DNA of 64,000 nucleotides from an uncultured delta proteobacterium (GCA_963808625.1 CAWEHK010000041.1:55853-119852), one strand, 5' to 3'. Positions 52,560-63,152 are shown, counted from the first letter of the stretch. Translations and numbers: made by a program. Notes: a model not told the origin generated them from the letters alone.

Positions 52560-54050
52560 CTAAAAGATGTCTGCTGAAAATACATACAAGTCGGTGTCTT
52601 TCTCCTTCCAGGCGGCCGGAGGCAGCGAGGCTTTCCGGCAGGTCGCCTCGAGGAATTCGTTGCGATCCCAGCCCTGGTCGGTCGCCACTTGCGGAAGAAG
52701 CAAACCGGAATGGGACTTCTTGCGGACCAGCAGTCCGTGTTTGCCGATTTCAATCTGCGAGGCGTCCTTGATCCGCTGCATGGGAGTCAGCACCGAAATC
52801 TCGAGGTCGAGATCATCCAACTCGCCAGGGTCCAAAGGACAAAAGCGGGGATCGCCAAAAGCTGCCTGAATCGCCATTTCTCTCACGGTTTGATACAGCG
52901 GGCCGAAGCCATCGATCATCCCGATGCATCCCCTGAGGTCCTTTCCCTTGTGCAGGCAAACGAAGGCACCCCGTTCCTCTTTCAGTATTGGGGTCAGAGG
53001 GGGAAGCGCCGGCATTGGCTGTTTCAGGCATTTGCTGCGGATAGCCTGGAGGGCAATCGCGCGCAGGGTTTTCTTTTCTTCAGGCGAAAGCCCGAGGTCA
53101 ATGGCAGCCTCGTGTCTTTTCGGGGATGGCTGGTCGCTCGTTCTTCCGGGATTGTCAAGAAACGCCGCGGCCATGTATCCTACTACCCCCTGCAGGTCCC
53201 CGGTCACGTCGCCGGAATTCGCATATTGAAGGACCTGGGCCTTAGTTGCCCCCAGCTTCTGAGCGGCAAGCATGAGCGTTACCATCGGTCCGCCGCCGCA
53301 GGCTTCGCACATTCCTTTCTCGATGGCTGCCGCAAGACCTGCGGGATCAAAGGCCGAGACCCGATCGAGCACGACCTGGTCGAGGCGCTTGGCCTCCCGG
53401 TAGGGGTGGTAATGGGAAAGATCGGAACTGGCTATCAGCAGCACCCGTTTCCCAGCGCACACGTGGGCAATGGCGTCCGCTAATTCCTGACAGGATTTGA
53501 AGGAGTGGTCCCCGATGAGAATGGGGATGAGTCGAAATTCGGCAAGAACCACCTGCAAAAAGGGTAGCTGTATTTCCAGCGAATGTTCCTGAGCTTCGGC
53601 TCGAGGAACATAATCGCAGAGCGAAGACTGCCCGCACAGAGAGTCGATCAGCTCGTGATCAAGAGGAACGATTCCCAGAGGGGTGCGGTATCCGCCGAGC
53701 CGGTAGACACTGGCGCCCTGGAAATGGGCCCGATGGCTGGGAGCAAGGATCAGCACGCGGTCGAAGGCTTGTTGGCGGAGGGTTTTGTCAGCGTGCGCGG
53801 CATCTTGATGGTTGATGGTTGATGGTTGATGGTTGATAGGTTGTTGGCGCAGGGTTTTGTAGGCGTGCGCGGCAACCCCGCCCGAATAGAGGTAGCCGGC
53901 GTGGGGCACAATGAGGCCAACCAGAGTGCCTTGCATCGAAGGAAGCCGGGCCTCATCGAGGTACTTACCGATCTGCTTTTTCAACACCTCGGGCTGGTCG
54001 GGATACCACGTCCCGGCGATGACCGACTCGCGGACCTTTTCTTGTGCCAT
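52560..54050 (-). CDS. AmmeMemoRadiSam protein B (MEMO1) fused to protein A (AMMECR1)
   Basis: AGTWYP, PHAGYLYSG, EHSLEIQLPFLQ, SSDLSHY, CGGGP, VVGY; GAFVCL, LRGCIG, DPRF, ISVLT, GLLLPQVA. Confidence 0.94.
   Translation of the reverse strand: MAQEKVRESVIAGTWYPDQPEVLKKQIGKYLDEARLPSMQGTLVGLIVPHAGYLYSGGVAAHAYKTLRQQPINHQPSTINHQDAAHADKTLRQQAFDRVLILAPSHRAHFQGASVYRLGGYRTPLGIVPLDHELIDSLCGQSSLCDYVPRAEAQEHSLEIQLPFLQVVLAEFRLIPILIGDHSFKSCQELADAIAHVCAGKRVLLIASSDLSHYHPYREAKRLDQVVLDRVSAFDPAGLAAAIEKGMCEACGGGPMVTLMLAAQKLGATKAQVLQYANSGDVTGDLQGVVGYMAAAFLDNPGRTSDQPSPKRHEAAIDLGLSPEEKKTLRAIALQAIRSKCLKQPMPALPPLTPILKEERGAFVCLHKGKDLRGCIGMIDGFGPLYQTVREMAIQAAFGDPRFCPLDPGELDDLDLEISVLTPMQRIKDASQIEIGKHGLLVRKKSHSGLLLPQVATDQGWDRNEFLEATCRKASLPPAAWKEKDTDLYVFSADIF
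53769..53874. repeat. Heptamer tract flanked by a 34-bp direct duplication inside the CDS
   Basis: 53769-53802 and 53841-53874 match 31/34; TTGATGG x4 plus TTGATAG lie between. Confidence 0.92.
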
Positions 54051-54134
54051 GTGAGACCCTCCCCTAATCCATCTTGTGATCTTCAAGGCAAAGGATGGTC
54101 ATGGGCTCCCCTTGCACTGAAAGGGATTGATGAA

Positions 54135-54163
54135 ATTAAACCATCGCCAAACGGCCATGTCAA
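54135..54163 (-). promoter_or_regulatory. sigma70 promoter of the amrB-amrA gene
   Basis: TTGACA-17 nt-TTTAAT on the minus strand. Confidence 0.6.
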
Positions 54164-54328
54164 TGTGGATGACACCCATGCGGATGACACTCGGCGCCGG
54201 CCGCTCGGCAAGGGTTGCCCTGCCGGTCGGCTTGATTTGGATGAAACAACCACTATAATGGACGCGCCCGATCGTTCCGGGAAATCACGACAACGCGTCA
54301 CGGCTTTCGACCCTGAAGAGCAAAACGC

Positions 54329-55093
54329 ATGAAAGTGAATTTAGACCATATCACAATCGTTCTTCATCGGCCTCATTTTCCCGAAAATATCGGGGCTGCC
54401 GCTCGCTCTGCCAAAAACATGGGAATCCGGCGCCTCATTGTGGTCGACCCTCGCGACTGTGACCTCACCAGGGTCCTAAAAATGGCGACGCATAATGCGG
54501 AAGATGTTGTTACGGAAATGGAAGTCTTTGACGATCTGCGAGATGCCTTGAAACCCTTTCAATACGTGGTGGGGACTACGGCACGAACCGGTTCGCACCG
54601 GCAAACGGTGCGGAACCCGAGGCGGCTGGCGGAACACCTCGTAAACATCAGCCAGCATAATCAGGTAGCCGTTCTCTTCGGACCGGAAGACCGCGGGCTT
54701 GCGAACAAAGAACTGCAATACTGCGATGGGCTGGTGACTATTCCCACTGCGGGCTTTGCCTCGATAAATCTTGCCCAGACGGTGATGATTCTGACCTATG
54801 AGATTTTCCTGGCAAGCACTGATGAGCCCAAAACTGTCGTGCCGCGACTTGCGAACAGGGATGAGCTCGAAGGAATGTACGATCACCTCAAGGAAACCCT
54901 CACCAGGATCCATTTCATCAATCCTCAAAATCCCGAATACTGGCTGACGGGCTTTCGTCGCTTTTTCAGCCGCATCGGCCTTCGTGCCCGGGAGGTCAAG
55001 CTCATTCGGGGACTTTGTCGGCAGTTTGACTGGTACGTTGACGAACAACTGCGATCCAGGTCGGGGAATCCCGAGAGCCATTCCAAAGAATGA
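54329..55093 (+). CDS. trmJ: SPOUT RNA methyltransferase, TrmJ/LasT family
   Basis: PENIGAAAR..KNMG, VGTTAR, LFGPEDRGL, SINLAQ. Confidence 0.88.
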   Translation: MKVNLDHITIVLHRPHFPENIGAAARSAKNMGIRRLIVVDPRDCDLTRVLKMATHNAEDVVTEMEVFDDLRDALKPFQYVVGTTARTGSHRQTVRNPRRLAEHLVNISQHNQVAVLFGPEDRGLANKELQYCDGLVTIPTAGFASINLAQTVMILTYEIFLASTDEPKTVVPRLANRDELEGMYDHLKETLTRIHFINPQNPEYWLTGFRRFFSRIGLRAREVKLIRGLCRQFDWYVDEQLRSRSGNPESHSKE

Positions 55094-55249
55094 CGTGACC
55101 ATCATCCCAGGAGGTCATTCCCGCATGCTTTTAGCGGGAATCCGGAAGCAAAAGCCTGGATGCGCGCGGTGACGGGCATGACGGCTGGGTATCGGACACT
55201 CATTCATGCGGTGCGCCAATGAGGGATGTCAAGACCGCGGTTCCGTCCC

Positions 55250-55751
55250 GATACCGCTAACTTAAGCCTCGACCCTGATGCGGAGGCCCCTTGGCGTCAT
55301 TCCCGCCGAAAGCCCATGCGCGTCAATTTAAGCATTTCCTATCTACCCCGAAGGGGTTTCATAAGTCAGCCCAGGGTCAGCGATAGCGCCACCCTGGGTC
55401 AGGAGATGCCATAAACCATTTTACCCTGAAGGGGTTACATCAAAGAGAACCATGGCGAGCACCCGAATGTGTTATGAGAAATCCTTTTTATGTAACCCTT
55501 TCAGGGTATGGATCCTTGTTGTGCACCTATACCCAGGGTGGCGCTTAGCTGACCCTGGGCTTAACTATACAACCCCTTCGGGGTAAAAAAAGATGCACCA
55601 TCCTGATCGTGAACGACCATGCGCCTTCCATCGCGTTAAATTGACGCCAATGGGTGAAAGCCGGAATCCAGTCTTTTCAACCCGTTCTGGGCCCCGGCTT
55701 CCGCCGGGGTGACGGCGTGGCCGACGAGATTTTCGTTAAGTTAGCAGCATT
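55250..55751. mobile_element. IS4-like miniature inverted-repeat element with nested elements
   Basis: Ends gataccgctaacttaa / ttaagttagcagcatt; 11-bp flanking repeats ggttccgtccc (55239-55249) and ggttccatccc (55752-55762). Confidence 0.7.
55313..55654. mobile_element. About 340-bp MITE, copy 1
   Basis: Ends cccatgcgcgtcaatttaa / ttaaattgacgccaatggg; flanks cgaaag and tgaaag; near-identical to 61421-61760. Confidence 0.85.
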
Positions 55752-55832
55752 GGTTCCATCCCTTGGGGCGCCGGAAATTCTTGAATGGGAAATTGCTCAT
55801 CTGTGTTATGAAAGCCCAAAGGAAAAGGAAAT

Positions 55833-57864
55833 ATGCGAACAGAGCAGGGTGGACTTCATCTCGAGAGGCGACGTACGGCAATGTTTCCGATGGAACCTTC
55901 GCAGTCTCGCAATATTAATGGGATTACCATCCTGGGGCCTGATTTTTCTGCCAGGGACCGGGACGGCAAACCTCTGAGTCCCATAGCCGTCATTTTCCCA
56001 AAGCTGCTCTTGCTGGTAACGGGGCGTGGCATCCATGCCGAGTTGGTGGTGAGGGGGGAGGAATTCCTGCGTGCCAAGCTGCGCGAAACCGAGAAGCGCG
56101 ACCTGACCGCAGAAGAAGAGGAGGAAATCTATGAGAACGTGGTTTCTCTCCTGACGAGGGATGCGACCGTTCTCATCCGTTCGTATCCGGACGATATGGA
56201 AAGGGTCTTTGCCGCGGATGAGCTTCTCCAGAGGTTCTTGCCGAAGGAATGCATTCAGTTTACCGGGGTCCACATCGCCGAAGTTCGGGCCCAACTGAGG
56301 AAGCGAGGTGAAAACTGGAGGATTGCACCACCGCCGCGCTCGGCCAGGGAGATCTGTCAGCATATCAGCGCCAGCCGGGTTCAGGTTAAAACCGGGACGA
56401 CCTACTATCAAAATGCACAAAGCGGAGAACGGTTTCTCACCTACGAGGAATTCATCCGGATTCGCCCCCTCCTGCGGCAAGCAGCAGGGGAAGCTCGCGC
56501 CCGGCTGCGAGAGATCGACCACCTGAGCCGTCTGGTCAACGACCAGGGAGTGCCGGAGCTGAGCTTCTTCGTTCCCGCGAAAAGAAGGTTGGCCACAAAA
56601 CTTCTCGAAGATCTCCTGCTGGTGCTGGAGGATGATGTCTCGCAGCAGGCTTCCGAGCGAGCTGAGGACCTCTTTGACCACTTTGCAATGTCCTTTGCCG
56701 AAACGGCTGGCGAAGAACTTACCGTGGATGGTGAAAAACACACTACCTGGCAGACGACCATGTTTTGCCGTCTGTATGACCTTGACGAGGAGCTTGTCGA
56801 AGAACGGACACTGGGGCTCAGCCCGGAATTTCATCTGAATGTGAGATGGCTCCCCGGGGCACACCTCGAAGAAAACGAGGTCACCTTTGAAGCAAAGGCA
56901 GGACCCAGGGTGCGCAGCCTCATCGCATACTTTCTGCAAACGTGGCCTGGGATTGTCTCGATTAACATCGGCCGGGTCGAATCCTCCCTTACGGACAGAG
57001 ACCGAACGGGGGAGGAGCGGGAAGTTTATCTGGTGGTTTTGGGCCTGCCGCAAGGGGGAGAGGAGATTCGCCTGCTGCGCCTGATGAAATGGGATGTGGT
57101 CCATCGCCTCAAGCAAGGGCTTCCGCTGAACCAGGCCATTAGTGATACGATCCGTTACCGCGACTACGTCCTTGACCGTCTCAAGGCTACCGCTGCCCTC
57201 GAACATCCCCATTCTTTCCTACACCGCGATTCAGTTTACAGAAGAACTCCAGGACTTCGGTGAAATCCCTGTTTTCTTTTTCGACCGCCGCTACGTGACG
57301 GGCATGGTGAGCGACAAAATTCCTCTTCCTTATTATGCGAAAAAAGGCTTTGTGGTCCGTCTGGCCCGCCTGCTTGGCGCTGCCGCTGCGGCCAGCATGG
57401 TTTTGGGAAGGGCCAGCTATCGCCGGGGTGACCTCTTCTTCGATGATGGCGATGAAGTCATTCAGTTGGATGCGGAGAAACTTCCCGAGCGGCTGGTCAT
57501 TTCCGAGACAACCGGGTCGTTCACGAATTCGACCACTCCCATATCGGAACTTCTGCCGCAGTGTCTGAGCCACCTTGCAGTTCATCTGAAGAAGGCTTGC
57601 GAGCGGGGGATTTCGCGGGACGACCTGAGGGCTGGAGTCGCGGTTTTTTGCGAAGCTTTGGGAGCCGAGATCGAGCGAATGCAGTCACTCTCAAAAAGTC
57701 CGTCTGGTGCCCTGCAGTCCCTCTTCGAGGCGCAAACATCCGAACCGGGCTCGATTCGGGCACGGTGGCAGAGCATGCTGGACCGGCTTGAAGCGACCGA
57801 CGTCAAGGAGCTGAAACGCGCCGCTTTCGCGAGCCCGCACCTGGCTGCCTTCTTCGATCCCTGA
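55833..57864 (+). CDS. Large hypothetical protein (about 675 aa; frameshift near 57205)
   Basis: Two long overlapping ORFs (476 and 240 aa) with natural composition; no family recognised. Confidence 0.75.
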
Positions 57865-57923
57865 TCAGCCTGAATTTATTGCCTGCCCCACCCTGCGCTG
57901 CTTTGGCGGGAACAGATATGGTG

Positions 57924-58109
57924 TCACTCTTCCAGGAGAATCTTGTGGTTCACCAGTGACATGCTCCGGATCTTACCCCGGATGACCTTTTGTTCGCCGA
58001 AGATGTTGGCGAGTCGCACCTGATTTCCTTCGTTTTCCAGAATATCGACGGCTTCCAGGATGAGCTCTTCCTTACCGTCTCGATAAAGATACGCATTCGC
58101 TTCACACAT
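57924..58109 (-). CDS. cooT: CooT-family nickel-binding protein
   Basis: MCEANAY..., NIFGEQK, SLVNHKI. Confidence 0.85.
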   Translation of the reverse strand: MCEANAYLYRDGKEELILEAVDILENEGNQVRLANIFGEQKVIRGKIRSMSLVNHKILLEE

Positions 58110-58236
58110 GACTGTTGCTCCCACCCCAGTTTCTATCATAATGTGCCATAACAGCGACGGCGAGGGCGCCATCCGCGTTGCGGCCCGCCGTCTGCGCGGC
58201 TGCACATCAACAAGCGGCTCAGATTGATACTTTTCT

Positions 58237-58301
58237 GTGGGGCAGGCTTTCCAGCCTGCCTTTTGCCAGTTGGGCATGGCAGGCTGGAAAGCCTGCCCCA
58301 C
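58237..58301. repeat. Inverted REP-like doublet
   Basis: gtggggcaggctttccagcctgcc ... ggcaggctggaaagcctgccccac. Confidence 0.88.
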
Positions 58302-58336
58302 ACCGTTTGAGACTTCCTCAAAGTACCGTTGTAGTA

Positions 58337-59144
58337 TTAACGCACGGCGCGTTTGGGTTCATGATAACCGGACGGCACCGAAGTCACGGGAAGGACCTGG
58401 CAGCCCTTTCCCAACAGAGTGCCCGGGTTGGTGACCGCGTTGCAGCCAATTTCAACCCTGATCTCCCAGGACCGCCCCGAATTTGCGCAACCCGGTATCA
58501 ATCAGCTCATTGCCGACTTTTACGCGAACCGTTCCCGCGCTGATCTTGAGGTTCGCCAGTTTCGTCCCGGCGCCAAGATTGGTCGCATTGCCGAGGATGC
58601 TGTCACCGATGTAGGCAAAGTGCCCGGCTTTGGCATCGTTGAGCATCACGCTTGCCTTCATCTCCGTCGTATGCCCCACCACGCACCGGTCGCCGATGAT
58701 GCAGTTGCCGCGCACGTAAGCGCCCTGGCGAACTTCCGTGTGAGCGCCGATGATGGTTGGCCCCTGGATGAGAGCACCGGGCTCAATCACGGAACCGGGA
58801 CCAAGAGTGATCCGCTCATCCCAGAGGACGCTCCCCGCGTAAAGGACGACGGCATCGCCCGTTTCTTCCCCCTCGATCTGCACACGGAAGCTCCCTTTGG
58901 TGATATCGCCACCCAGGAACTCATAGCCTGAGCGCCAGATGCGCCCCTGCCAGAGCACCACCGTCTGGGGAAGGGGTTGCCTGAAACAGCCAACCGCCGC
59001 CACATTTCCGACAAGATGCCGTTCGAGATAGGGCGCAATATTGCGAAGACTTTCCCACACGTTCCGGCAATTTTCAAAGAGTGAGGCATGCTCGAACGAG
59101 CTAAGATCAAAGAAAGCTTCTGCCCTCAATTTCGAAGCGTCCAT
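58337..59144 (-). CDS. Hexapeptide-repeat acyltransferase (GlmU C-terminal-like; frameshift near 58455)
   Basis: IEPGALIQGPTIIG, EVRQGAYVRG, HFAYIGDSILG, NLGAGT, DTGLRKFGA. Confidence 0.85.
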
Positions 59145-59174
59145 AAGCAATTATCCGCCGCGGGGTCCTGTCTG

Positions 59175-59615
59175 TTAGCCGGGAAGGCGCGCGTGTTCAA
59201 TTTTCATGCACCGGTTCATCACCACCGCGAGCCCGGCCTTGCGCGCTTTTGCCGCCGCCTCATCGTGAGCCAAACCAAGTTGCATCCACACCGAACCCGC
59301 TCCCACGGCAATGGCCTCGTCCACAATGCCCGGAATCGCATCGGTGCTCCTGAAGATATCGACGACGTCGATGTGGTCCGGGACGGCCTTGAGGTCAGGG
59401 TAGCAGGGCTCGCCGAGCACCTCCTGCAATTTCGGGTTGACCGGAATGATTTTGTAGCCATGGTCCTTCAGATACTTGGCCACCCGATGGCTGTCGCGGT
59501 TTTCCTTCTCAGAAATTCCTACCACCGCCACGGTCTTGGCGCTTCTCAAAAGCTCGAAAGCCAACGCCTCGTCCGCAGGAGATGGGTTGGCACGTTGATT
59601 CTCCAGCATGGGCAT
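59175..59615 (-). CDS. CoA-binding domain protein (YccU-like)
   Basis: VAVVGIS, IIPVNP, DVVDIFR, VWMQLG, MNRCMK. Confidence 0.92.
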   Translation of the reverse strand: MPMLENQRANPSPADEALAFELLRSAKTVAVVGISEKENRDSHRVAKYLKDHGYKIIPVNPKLQEVLGEPCYPDLKAVPDHIDVVDIFRSTDAIPGIVDEAIAVGAGSVWMQLGLAHDEAAAKARKAGLAVVMNRCMKIEHARLPG

Positions 59616-59773
59616 ACTCCCTTCTATGATGAGATTGCTCGCTTAACATAATAGCAATGCCCGGACGGGTCAAGGAAGACAAATGGAGGTCCCTGTGGTA
59701 ACTATTCGTGTGTCTTCGTTACTCTTGGTGTGACTTCGTGGATCATGGGGCGTTCTTGAAGGAGGAAACAACC

Positions 59774-61352
59774 ATGGAAGAGGTCCTTCCCATGCTCATG
59801 CCATACTTGATGGTTGCCGCCGGTGTCTTTGCTGGTGCGGTTGCGACCTGGTTTACCCTGCGGTTGAGGGCAGGGCAGGAGCTTCAAAGGGTAAAGGGCG
59901 CATTGGAGCTGGAGCAAGCCACAATACACGAGCGGCTCAGCGGCAGGGAGCAACAGCTTCGCGAATTGAGAGATGCTCTGGACAGAGAGTGAGGCGGAGG
60001 GCGCCCACACGAGGGCGGAGCTCAAAATTGAAGCCGAGAGACGGGCTATTGCCGAAGAGAAGAATTCGCGCATTCCGGAACTGGAAGCGGAGCTGAAATC
60101 ACGGGAGCGGCAAACGCTCACCCTGCAATCGGAAAACACGGAATTGCGCGCCCGGCTCTCGGAAGTTGAGACCAGGTTGACCGAAGAGGCCAAGGCGACT
60201 CAGGAAAAGCTCGGCCTGCTCAGGGAAGCGCGGGAACAAATGACAGATGCCTTCAAGGCACTCTCGGCGGATGCCCTCAGAGGCAACAATCAATCCTTCC
60301 TGGAACTGGCGAGGACGACCCTCGAAAAATTCCAGGAGAGCGCAAAGGGCGATCTCGAAATGCGGCAAGCGGCCATAGACGAACTGGTCAAGCCCCTCAA
60401 GGAATCTTTGGAGAAGGTCGAGGGGAAGATCGGGGAGGTGGAACGCGCGCGAACCACGGCCTACGTCAGCCTCCATGAGCAGATCAAGACCCTCGCCGCC
60501 ACCCAGGACCGGTTGCAGCGGGAGACCGTAAACCTCGTGCAGGCCCTGCGCAGCCCCACGGTTCGCGGCCGCTGGGGAGAGATTCAGCTCAAGCGGGTGG
60601 TCGAAATTGCGGGGATGCTCGAATATTGCGACTTCACCCAGCAGGAATCGGTTGCCGCGGGAGAAGGGCGTCTTCGTCCGGACATGGTCATTCGCCTGCC
60701 CAACGACAAGATTGTTGTGGTTGACTCGAAAGCGCCGCTCCAGGCCTACCTGGAAGCACTGGAAGCAGGGGACGAGGCCGGGCGCCTGGCAAAATTGCGG
60801 GAGCATGCGCGGCAGATCCGCACGCACCTTGCCCAGTTGAGCAACAAGGCCTATTGGGACCAGTTTCCGAGTGCGCCGGAATTTGCGGTGCTCTTTCTGC
60901 CGGGAGAGACTTTTTTCAGCGCTGCCCTCGAACAGGACCCAAGTTTGATCGAATTCGGGGTGGAGCGGAATGTGATTCTCGCCACCCCGACGACGCTCAT
61001 CGCTTTGCTGCGCGCGGTGGCGTACGGCTGGAAGCAGGAACGCATCGCCGCCAATGCGCTCGCCATAAGCGAACTCGGAAGAGTGCTCTACGATCGCCTT
61101 CGCGCCTTCGTCGGCCATTTCGCGGAAATCGGCAGGGGCTTGGATCGTGCTGTTGGCGCTTACAATAAGGCCGTGGGGTCCATTGAGGGCCGCGTCCTCG
61201 TAGCCGCGAGGAAATTCCGAGAGCTCGGGGCCTCCTCGGGGGGCGACCTCGAGTCTCCGGAAGTCGTGGAAAAAACGGCTCGAAACCTGCGAGCGGATGC
61301 CCTGGCAGGCCCGATCGAAAACGCTGATGACACATTCGAGGGCGATGACTGA
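59774..61352 (+). CDS. rmuC: DNA recombination protein RmuC (frameshift near 59985)
   Basis: [39 protein letters not shown]. Confidence 0.94.
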
Positions 61353-61369
61353 AAAAGATGGAACCCTAA

Positions 61370-61846
61370 GAAACTATCTCAAAATCGTCAAGACGCTCTC
61401 AATCGTCATTCCGGCGAAAGCCCATGCGCGTCAACTTAAGGATTCCCTATCTACCCCGAAGGGGTTTCATAAGTCAGCCCAGGGTCAGCGGTAGCCACCC
61501 TGGGTCAGGAGATGCCATAAACGATTTTACCCTCAAGGGGTTACATCAAAGAGAACCATGGCGAGCACCCGAATCTGTTATGAGAAATCATTTTTATGTA
61601 ACCCTTTCAGGGTATGGATCCTTGTTGTGCACCCATACCCAGGGTGGCGCTTAGCTGACCCTGGGCTTAACTATACAACCCCTTCGGGGTAAAAAAAGAT
61701 GCACCATCCTGATCGTGAACGACCATGCGCCTTCCATCGGGTTAAATTGACGCCAATGGGCGAAAGCCGGAATCCAGTTTTTCCGTGGGGTTCCGGACCC
61801 TGGTTTCCGCCGGGGTGACGATATGAGGCAGTTTTGAGATAGTTTC
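61370..61846. mobile_element. Miniature inverted-repeat element with TAA duplication, containing nested elements
   Basis: Perfect 15-bp ends gaaactatctcaaaa / ttttgagatagtttc flanked by taa on both sides. Confidence 0.8.
61421..61760. mobile_element. About 340-bp MITE, copy 2
   Basis: Same ends as copy 1; perfect cgaaag duplication at 61415-61420 and 61761-61766. Confidence 0.85.
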
Positions 61847-61975
61847 TAATGGAAATTACTATGAAAAATGCCTTGAAGAATGCTTTGAAAAATGCTTGAC
61901 AATCCTAGTTGGCACAAGATAAGCTCTCCTCGAAGTGAACAAAAAAACTGCTCATAATTAGTTCAAGAGTGTCCC

Positions 61976-62539
61976 ATGCTTCAAGACATCATCACCTCGA
62001 AGACCCGCATCAAGCTGCTCATGAGGTTTTTCCTCAATGCCTCGTCCACCGCTTATCTGCGGGAGTTGGCCACAGAGTTCGGGGTCTCGACCAACGGCAT
62101 CCGCGAAGAACTGAAGCAGATGGTGGATTCGAAGCTCATGAAGTGCCAAAAAAACGGGCGCCATATCCTTTACCAAGCCAATGAGGACCACCCTCTTTTT
62201 CCGGAACTGCGGATCATGGTGCAAAAATCGCTCGGCATGAATGAAATCGTGGAAAGCGTCCTCACCCGCCTGGGAGAACTTGAAGAGGCCTATTTGATCG
62301 ATGACTATGCCGTCGGCCGCGATACCGGCATCATCGATCTTTTGTTGGTGGGAAACATCAACGAATACCATCTGAATGACTTGAGTAGAAAAACTGAGCG
62401 ATACATAAGCCGGAAAATCCGCTCCCTCGTTCTCACTCTGGATGAATTCAGGCAACTGGAGGACAACCTAAGGCAGAGACCTCACCTGTTGTTGTGGCAT
62501 CGCGAAAATGATTCTCGAACCCCGCTTATGGAGGGATAG
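61976..62539 (+). CDS. Winged-helix regulator with nucleotidyltransferase-like C-terminal domain
   Basis: ITSKTRIKLL..FF.N....YLRELA; DDYAVGRDTGIIDLLLVG. Confidence 0.8.
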   Translation: MLQDIITSKTRIKLLMRFFLNASSTAYLRELATEFGVSTNGIREELKQMVDSKLMKCQKNGRHILYQANEDHPLFPELRIMVQKSLGMNEIVESVLTRLGELEEAYLIDDYAVGRDTGIIDLLLVGNINEYHLNDLSRKTERYISRKIRSLVLTLDEFRQLEDNLRQRPHLLLWHRENDSRTPLMEG

Positions 62540-62540
62540 G

Positions 62541-63110
62541 ATGCCATTGCCGAAGGAACAGGTAAGATTCTCTTATCAGGACTACAAGACATGGCCTGAG
62601 GACGAGAGGTGGGAGATCCTTGATGGAAGAGCTTATAATATGACTCCCGCACCCACTTTCAAACATCAGAGGATTGTTGGAAATATTTACCACATTTTAC
62701 GGAATGCCCTCCGTGATAACCGTTGCCTGCCGGGTATCGCACCGACCGATGTGGTTTTGTCGGAATATGATGTGGTGCAGCCTGATGTCTTTGTTGTTTG
62801 CGATCCTCTGAAGATTACCGAAAAGAACGTTCAAGGGGCGCCCGACTTGATTGTTGAGGTTATAAGCCCGGCCACGGCAAGAAAAGACCGATGGGAGAAG
62901 AAGGACCTTTACGAAAGATTTGGTGTTCTTGAGTACATCCTGGTCGATGTTGAGGGCGAATATGTCGAACGGTACCTTCTGGACGAATCCGGCCGATTTG
63001 ACCGGGGGGAAGTACTTTCATCCGGAGAGATTTTGCTTTTGAGATGCATCGAACAGGTGGAAATTCCTCTCTTGGAAGTGTTTGAAGTGAAGAGGATCAA
63101 CCATGATTGA
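62541..63110 (+). CDS. Uma2-family endonuclease
   Basis: WEILDG, PAP...HQ, VQPD, GAPDLIVEVISP, K..LY...GV.EY. Confidence 0.92.
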   Translation: MPLPKEQVRFSYQDYKTWPEDERWEILDGRAYNMTPAPTFKHQRIVGNIYHILRNALRDNRCLPGIAPTDVVLSEYDVVQPDVFVVCDPLKITEKNVQGAPDLIVEVISPATARKDRWEKKDLYERFGVLEYILVDVEGEYVERYLLDESGRFDRGEVLSSGEILLLRCIEQVEIPLLEVFEVKRINHD

Positions 63111-63152
63111 ACACTCGAGGTTTTGGCAGATCTATTCTGGTAACTTTTACAA

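Noticed and set aside
62541..63110. Uma2 nuclease plus regulator as a defence system
   Set aside because: Both gene types are common near polysaccharide loci; no partner defence genes are visible
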